Source: Reclinomonas americana ATCC 50394
Lineage: Eukaryota
Reading direction: 5' to 3'
DNA length: 37,712 nucleotides
Assembly: GCA_048213135.1 (NCBI GenBank)
Contig: PS015122.1
Coordinates: forward strand, 127,381-165,092
The notes beneath the pieces are model-generated. The model was not told the DNA's origin. It made no database searches and saw only the letters and a list, made by a program, of their open reading frames with translations. Numbering within the stretch: the first letter of the stretch is position 1; each line of letters begins with the position of its first letter. Shown piece after piece: positions 23,901 through 37,712 of this stretch. Both the position numbers and the translations under genes were made by a program.

Positions 23901-26605
23901 ACCCGGCCGAGGACATGGAGACGCGCATGTTTGCCGCTCTGCGCTGCTGCTTGGCCTCGGTGATCAATGGCGCCCTCGTGTTGACACGGATGAAGGTGAA
24001 TCGGTGCTGTTGACGGTATAACGTACCACCCTCTCCCTTACTTCTTTGCACCGCACGCTCAGCTTCCGTGGTTCCCGGCCCTGCTCTCGGCATTAATTTT
24101 CACGTCGTTGGAGGAACACAGTCAGCACCGACTCGACGTATCCGCGTCTTCATCGTCATCGTCGTCGCTGGCCGTCTCATCTGCATCCTCCTCGACGGCC
24201 ATGAAAGGCGCAATGACGCTGGAGGAACTCGAGTGCTTCATCATGTCGCTGATCCTCACGTATTCCCTCAACGAGTCTGCGACTGCGAACGTCGAGGCAT
24301 CGTCATCGCGCCCAAAGCCGACACTGTCAGCCGGTTGCTTGGCGCACTTGCATCACGCTGGCAAGCCGATGCGCCAGTCGGCCTTTGAACACTGGTTCGC
24401 TCCATGTCATTTGCGCACGTTTTTTTGTCGTCGCGCGCTCATTCAATGTCTTTCCCACGGCAGGACCAATCTCGCTCACGGACTGCACTGCCACGTGCGT
24501 CACGTGTCGCTTCCCTACATCAAACCCAACAGCAGCCTGATGGATTTGCGAAATGGCCGTCTTTTCCACCACCTGTCGTCACTGTATGTCACGGCCATGC
24601 ACTTTGACAACAAGCACGGCGGTTTCTTCCGAGAGCGCATGAACAAGCGAGCGAGGTGAGAGTTCTATGTTACCCCCTGTTTCTGTGAGTGCTTTGTCTG
24701 ATTTCACTTCGTTTGTGTGCGTGCAGAACGTGCCGCACGCTCATGACGCTGGTTATCAAATCGGGCGAGAATTCCAAGTGGCTGCGTCATGCGCGCTCCG
24801 TGTCCTCTCGCTCTCCCTCACCCGGAATCTACCGAGAGGAAGCGCATGTGACCGCCAAGCCGTACAAGTCACCGTTCGTTGTGCCCACGGTTGAAGAAAT
24901 CAGATCTGCCGAGTTGGCCAAGATGCAGGCCAGTACCCCGAAACACTGGTCGGCTCGGCACGCGTTGTCGGCGGCCAAGGCCTCCTCTGCTGTGGCGCCT
25001 CCCGCTGCTTCGCCCTCCGATGACGACCAGACGCAGAATCCCTCCATCGAGTCGATGATCACATTTGTGCAGGCGCAGCTCAATGTGTGCGACCGACTGG
25101 TGAGCGTGTTGGCGAGCAGCCCTTGTATTTCGTTGTCAATCAACTCACCGCTGACGTGCGCTACAGCGAAAATGGGTCAGCGAAGGTCAAGATTGGCCCA
25201 ACGCGTGGCTGAGTCGCGGCGCCCAATTGCTGAATCGTGCCATCGAGTGCATCCCGCAGCTGTACGAGCCGACAGAGCTCGCCGCACACGAGGTGGAATT
25301 GGAGGTGAGGAACGCGGCTGCTCTCTGCGGATGGCACTTGCTTGTCTCACCACACGTGTGCGATTGCGCAGCGCCTGAAGAAGGCCGTAGAAGAGTGCAT
25401 GAAGCTTCGCCGCCAACGCCGCGACTCCCTCAGTCGCACGGCGTCCATGGAGCGTGCGCACTCGCAGCAGTACCTGTCCTCCACGGCCTCGCTGGCCAGC
25501 AGCAGCGCTGGTGACGCATCGTCGTCGGGCAACGGCGAGGACGACGACGTCGACGAGGTCGGTGACGACAGTGAGATGGAAGATGGTCGAGTGGATGATG
25601 GCGATCAAAGCGACGACGATGATGATGATGGGATGTCAGTGGACGGGGAGTTGGAGAGTGCCATGGCCGACAGTGCCACTCGCCAGCCGATGATTGCTGC
25701 GAGCGGGTCGACCTTGAGTGCCTCGTCGTTGCAGATTATCGCCTCGCGCTCCGATTCCACCGACGTTGTCGCCTCGTCACCGCTGCTGCAACCCACGGCC
25801 GCCCGACCATTGCAGACGTCACCACTCGTTGCCGCTCTCGGCCACATCGAGTCGCCGATAGAGCTGGCGGTGGACGAGGCCGTCAAGGAGCTGCTTCTCG
25901 CGTCGCATGCCATGCGACAGCAGATGTTGCTGAGGTATGAGGCAAAGAGAGGGAGAATGGGAGAGAGGGAGGGAGGGAGGGAAAGAGGGGGGGAGAGAGA
26001 GAGAGAGCATGGGAGAGAGAGAGAGAGTAAGGAAGAGAGAGAGAGACACACACACACCCAGACAGACAGGCAGACAGACTGGCGGAGACACGGAGATAGA
26101 GAGAGAAAGTGAGAGAGACAGACATAGAGAGAGAGAGAGAGAGAGTATGGGGGAGAGAGAGACAGACAAAGTGAGAGAAGCGAGACAGACAGAGAGAGAG
26201 AGGCAGACAAAGAGAGAGAAATATACACTAAGAGAGAGAGAGAGGAGAACGCGATACTAGTTTAGCCATGCACATAAAATCATGGAACCCTGAATCGCAC
26301 CTCGTCGCGCAGGGAAACTCCCGACGAAGGCAACTCGCAGCTCAAGGCTGCACTTGCTGCGGCACGCATTGCGCTAGATCGATGGAAGGAGAAAAAGGTA
26401 CCAATTGTTTCATGTTTCCCTCCTCCATGTTGATTCAGCTAAACGGGTCCTCGCTTCACTGCAGTTTGCCGACAAGGACTGGCAAGGAGTCCGCGGCAAG
26501 ATAGAGAATGTGTTGGCAGGCGGAGTACTCCCACCGCAGCAGGAGAGCTTGCGGAGGGCGCTCGATCATGTGCTCGACAGCGTGAAGAACGCTGTTGCCA
26601 TCTGA
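20471..26605 (+). CDS. Large multi-exon protein with an N-terminal hydrophobic signal anchor and a putative Asteroid/FAM120-like helical module
   Basis: N-terminus MALIPASVLAVAAGLILLVAAAHLFNTYL. Phase-compatible exons run to TGA at 26603-26605. The segment ELECFIMSL...SAFEHWTNL...LPYIKPNSSLMDLRNGRLFHHL resembles ASTE1/FAM120 C-terminal motifs (weak call). Intron 1 contains two N gaps. Confidence 0.65.
20942..22262. repeat. (GA)n, (TTC)n/(TTG) and CT-rich simple repeats with assembly gaps (intron 1 of the 20471-26605 gene)
   Basis: Directly visible; this is the source of the spurious poly-S/L/F/R ORFs. Confidence 0.9.
25940..26245. repeat. GA-rich microsatellite filling an intron
   Basis: Directly visible between the GTATGA donor near 25936 and the CAG acceptor near 26312. 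Confidence 0.85.
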
Positions 26606-26651
26606 CGACGCGTCCGTGGCAGTGTATTGTCCCCCACGTGCAGATGCTTGC

Positions 26652-29600
26652 TCACTTGCGCGGGGCAGACTTCAGTATGCTGTTGACTCGTATGCGTTCG
26701 TAGTGCATCACTCGCCCGTAGGCATCCTCGTGATGTTGCACCTCGTGCGCCAGGGTGCGGTACGTCTTGTCCGTCGACTCGAACCGAATCAAGCGGCACA
26801 CCTGTCGGTTCCAGCAGCAGAAAGTCAGCAATGGCGATCGGCAGTGTGCTGCATCACGGCCACGGTAACACGCACATCGATGGGAAACGGAAAGGTGACG
26901 GAGAGATTCACAGTACGTTGACTCTGCGCAGCAGCACGTTAGCAACGAAATGGAAGCGGCAGCTGGTGGTGGACGAAACGGGTCCGGCAGACTCGATGGA
27001 CTCGATGGTGTCGGCTGGCACTGCCTGCGTCTTTGGAGGAGCATGGGGATCCGCCACGCGGAACGAGTCGTCGGTCTGCACATTGACAAGACCCGCGGGA
27101 GACACCTCGTATGCCACCGTCACTTGCGTGTCCTCGTCGACTGCACGGTAGGTGAAGATGATGAGCGAGTGACAAACAACACCTTTGCCATCTACCGTCG
27201 AACGCAACGGTTCATCTGTCGACGCAGACAGCGGGAGGTTTGCGCCGGGTGAAAGAGCACTCCGAGCTCCCAGGAAGGCACCACAAAGTCGCCCTTGTCG
27301 ATGAAACCCTGCGCGCGTATGTTAGCAAGGCGTTCGGTTCGTCGCAGTCGACAAGGGAAAAGTGACAAACCCACGCGGCGCCCGTCACATTGTGTGAGCC
27401 AAGGAACACCCACGGCACGGTGCGGTCACCCTGCTCGCCATCTCCGTTGATGGTGGTGTACAGCTTGGCGTGACAAGCGAACGGATGTGGGGCCAGCGAT
27501 GGCGCTGTGGGTGTCCAGCGGTGGAGCAGGCGGCGTAGTGGGGCACTCGGCTCGGTTGTTAGCTTGTAGCACGAGGCCATCGCGTGTCTGAGGGGAAGGA
27601 GAAGGGGAAGGGGAAGTGGAAGGGGAAGGGGATCGGAGAGAGATGAATTGTCACAAGCTAGCCAACCACGGATCTCAAGAACACGCTTCCTATCAGCCAC
27701 ACACATCTGCTCTCGATACTCTGCCCTACAAAGATCCCCTACGCACCCAAACATGCTCATCTCCACATCGGCGATACTTGGCCACACAATGCGACACGGC
27801 AGGGCCGACAAGGACGACGGCTGCGTGTCGACACTCGAAACCGCTTCGTCCTCCCCGACAGCTCTCTGCAACGCAAATGAGTGACACACTTGACATCATG
27901 CCAGGGGAACGAAGGGTAAAAGACCTGCGAGTCCACGAGAAACCAGCGACACAACGACGGGATCAGACTGTCGGCGTGGCGATCGAGCGTGGAAGCCAGC
28001 ATGAATAAGACGCGTTCAGAGGCCGGTGGCTTGTCCGCGATCGGCGGTTCCGCAACCAGCAAGTCATGCAGTGCCAGTGCACCCCACTTGCGCGCTGCGA
28101 CAGCGAGAGGAGATTGAGAAGCGAGGAAAGAGAAACAGAGGGCGGGAGGGCGATTTCTTGCCTTCAGGATTGCGTGTGCGATGCGCACCGGATCCTCGAT
28201 ACAAAGGGTAACGACCGGGTTTGGAAAGGATAAGCGAGACCGCAGCATCGGCGTAATCATCTGCGACTGAGAGTCAGAATGCGAAGCTTGCGGTGCTCCT
28301 CGTTGCCGCAGTAACGCAACAGTTCCACACCAGTCGGCCGGTGAGTTCACTCAGTTCCAGCGACTGCAGGTACGCCGCGAGAGTGCGCGAGAACGGCACC
28401 ATCGGTGGGCGATCGGCGGCCGGAAACTCCTGCGTAAACACCCGACGCGCAGTCAACACATGACGGCCTTTCCTTTTTTGTGTGACCACACACAATATCT
28501 CGCACCTGCGTCCACACCGTGTTCAATCGCCCATGCCAGTCGACCTCGCGAAAGTTGGCCGTGGTGACAGCCACGCGAACCGACTGCGCCCGTCGCACCA
28601 CCAGCAGCTTGACGTGGTGCACGCCGGGTGCGCCAGTGGCGTGTGGGGCCGTCGGCCTGAGCACGAAGCGGTCGGGGAATGGTGATCCGTCGTCCAGCTG
28701 CGGGAGGGGGAAGGGAGGAGCAAGGAAGGTGACGGATGAGAACAAGGGAAAGAGCAAGAGAACAAAGAGGGCAATATAGATGCGAATGAGTTCGAGAGAA
28801 CGACGGAATTGAGTTGAGGTGAAAGGAAGGCAAGTGGAAACTTCGCGCAAGGAGGCTGAGAAAAGATACTTTAGAGTGGAGGTGCAAAAAAGAAAGGAGT
28901 GAGCCGCAGAGAGGCAGAAACGAACAGGCCAATGAGAAGGGCGTTGTGCTTGGAACCAACATGAAAGAGGGCGCAGAGTGAAACGCAGAGAAGGATGAGC
29001 AGGAGGAGACAGAAAGGATGACGTCAAACAGATAAGAAAGCAGAAACATGTGTTGCACGTGGACCAACATCAAAGTGGGAGGGGAAACAGCAGGAAGATG
29101 AGAGACAGAAACTTGTGAGTGGTGCAAAAAAGAGAGGAGAAAGCCACAAAAAAAGACAGAAAAGAGTAAGCCAAAGAGAAGGAGGCGCTCGCAAAGAGTG
29201 CGCAGAGTGTGAATGAGAAAACAAATGAGCAGGGAGAAGACAGAAAGGAAGACGCCAAACACACAAGAAAGCAGACAGGGGTGAAGGAAAGGACAGAGAC
29301 ACGTGTTGTGCGTGGAACCAACATGAAAGAAGAGGAGAGAACGAAAGAGCAGGGAGGAGACAGAAAGGAAGGCTTGAAAAGAATAAGGACACGGAGGCCA
29401 CTCAATCGAGGGGCGACCAACCATTGTGGAAATGCTCTTTGTCGAGCTGTACACGAGCGTAACAGGAACATGCTGCAGCGCTGCAGTTCACGATTAGCGC
29501 CTATAACAAGCGAGAGAAAAGCCCGCGCAGTCAACACGCACCCGGGCACTCAAACAACAACCACGTTGGCTCCGCCTCAAACGAGCACAAGAGCACCTCG

Positions 29601-30031
29601 AGAATGCCTTGCACCTGCCCAACAACAATGAAAAGAGAGAAAGAGAGAGAGAAGGAGAGAAAGACATGGCGCAACTGGTCCAACAAGCTCACTGAGTGTC
29701 ACAGTCCGCTCACTGCCTCGAAGGGTTTCTCCGACGAAAAGCTGACAATGAAAAATGGATTATCAGATCAGAGAATGAGAGACAACTCTCTCACACACTC
29801 ACACTCAACCTTTCGTCTCACATACGATGCACTGGCCTTCTCCGCCAGTGCGGCCGCCTGTCGCTCTCCCTCGTGACACACTGTACGCACGAGATAGAAT
29901 GTGTGCGGAGAGAGCTCGTGGTCTGTGTCGACATCGACTCGTGCAGTGGAGGCAGTGGAGGAGGAGGAGGAGGCAAGACGCGAGCGCGGAGGAGAGCTGT
30001 CGCGTCGTGCACGTTTGCGCAGAGGTTCCAT
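26652..30031 (-). CDS. TDP1: Tyrosyl-DNA phosphodiesterase 1-like (PLD superfamily, two HKN motifs); multi-exon
   Basis: First motif GVHHVKLLVV...VRVAVTTANF...W...NTVWTQ. Also YDYADAAVSLILSKPGRY, KWGALALHDLL and IVWPSIADVEMS. Second motif CHAKLYT...WVFLGSHNVTGAAWG, then SWELGVLF and terminal TFPFPID...EDAYG. N-terminal TFYLVRTV. The order matches TDP1. Confidence 0.88.
28850..29385. repeat. Degenerate repeats in the long TDP1 intron
   Basis: TTG(T/C)(G/A)C(G/T)TGGA(A)CCAACAT(G/C)AAAG occurs near 28943, 29050 and 29303. GAGCAGG(G)AG(G/A)AGACAGAAAGGA occurs near 28997, 29227 and 29347. Confidence 0.75.
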
Positions 30032-30140
30032 TGTGTGTGTGTCAGACAGAGGACGCGACGTGACTCAAAGACACTCTCGTTTCATACAGTTCTCGTTGTC
30101 AGGAACAGCACACGACGGCATGTGGGTTGCCAGAGGTCAC

Positions 30141-33400
<3,260 letters not shown>

Positions 33401-34215
33401 CTCTCAAATAACAAACACACACTATTACTCACAGTGTACGCGCGTGTGTGTGTGAGAGAGAGAGAGTGCGTGTGTGTGTGATGTCAAGTTGTCCGCGCAC
33501 TCTCTTTTCTCTCAAAAAGCTTGTTCCTCCTCTCACTCTCTCTTGTGAGTAGAGACAGGCACCAGACAAAGTGAGCAGTGTCGGCGTGTGTGTTGTGGTG
33601 CTAGAAACAGTGTGTCCTGTGTGTGCGCGACTTCGGAAGTTGTTCATCAAGGAGCTCTTCCTTGCACTCAAGCCTTGCGGAACTGTGATTCTGCGCCTTT
33701 GCTTGCCCGGCTTCGTGGTTGCAGGATTTACGCGGAGTCCAGAGCTGCAGAGGAAATTCGACTTCGAGATCAACTTTTCCAGTCCAAACAGCAACACAGC
33801 TGCATGTTGATCATCATCTTGTGTGAGCACCAGGAACGGAGGATATCCCAGAGCAGTACGAGGAAAGGCCGAAACTCGTACAACAAGGATACAGCTGTTG
33901 CTTGTTTGTTGGTGAATGAATTTGTTGCCAGCGACGGTCGATCTTATCGCCAAGTCACCACAGTCTCGAAGGCAGTGGTGGGTTTGTGTGTGGGCTCGCT
34001 CTCACAAGCCGAGAACTGCAATCTTCACCAAACAGTGGATCTGAACGCAATTACACAGACGCTCAGGACTGAGATGATCACCACGTGAGAGAGTAATGCT
34101 GGTGGTTGAACACATCAACTACACATACATTCGATTGGCGCTGCGATGAAGAGCTGCGACGGGAGGGGTGGATCAACAACAATGTCGCTGCTTTTCGCTC
34201 TCCTTCTCTGTCTCC

Positions 34216-37712
<3,497 letters not shown>

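Noticed and set aside
26939-27175. Alternative frame ending HHQLPLPFRC* as the TDP1 C-terminus
   Set aside because: The spliced path giving TFPFPID-VCRLIRFESTDKTY...EDAYG fits the TDP1 terminal pattern better and has branch-point and acceptor support.
33856-33881. Hammerhead ribozyme suggested by GAAAGGCCGAAAC
   Set aside because: There is no CUGANGA core upstream and no three-stem junction, only a simple hairpin.

Overview
Gene-dense, intron-rich, GC-rich eukaryotic DNA, probably from a unicellular eukaryote (lineage not determinable here). It is a draft assembly with many N gaps beside GA/CT/GT microsatellites. Manual splicing supports 12 protein genes: COMMD10 (+), an acidic protein with an H2B-like histone fold (-), signal peptide peptidase (+), FAHD1 (-), TBC1D31/WDR67-like (+), DPH4/DNAJC24 (-), a tandem HARE-HTH protein (+), an unknown coiled-coil protein (-), a signal-anchored protein with an Asteroid/FAM120-like module (+), TDP1-like (-), a single-BIR protein (-), and a bacterial-type alpha-2-macroglobulin (-, 5' part outside the window). 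Four things stand out. (1) The intron-containing bacterial-type alpha-2-macroglobulin appears to splice in phase onto an uncharacterised KPVIY...VVEWGG domain. (2) A recurrent class of 5' splice sites (GTTGCG[T/C]) looks like the normal donor motif shifted by one base. (3) The H2B-like protein is acidic where histones are basic. (4) The HARE-HTH protein carries two and probably three tandem copies of the domain. All family calls come from motif recognition by eye; no database searches were run, and exon boundaries are inferred from GT-AG sites and reading-frame continuity.
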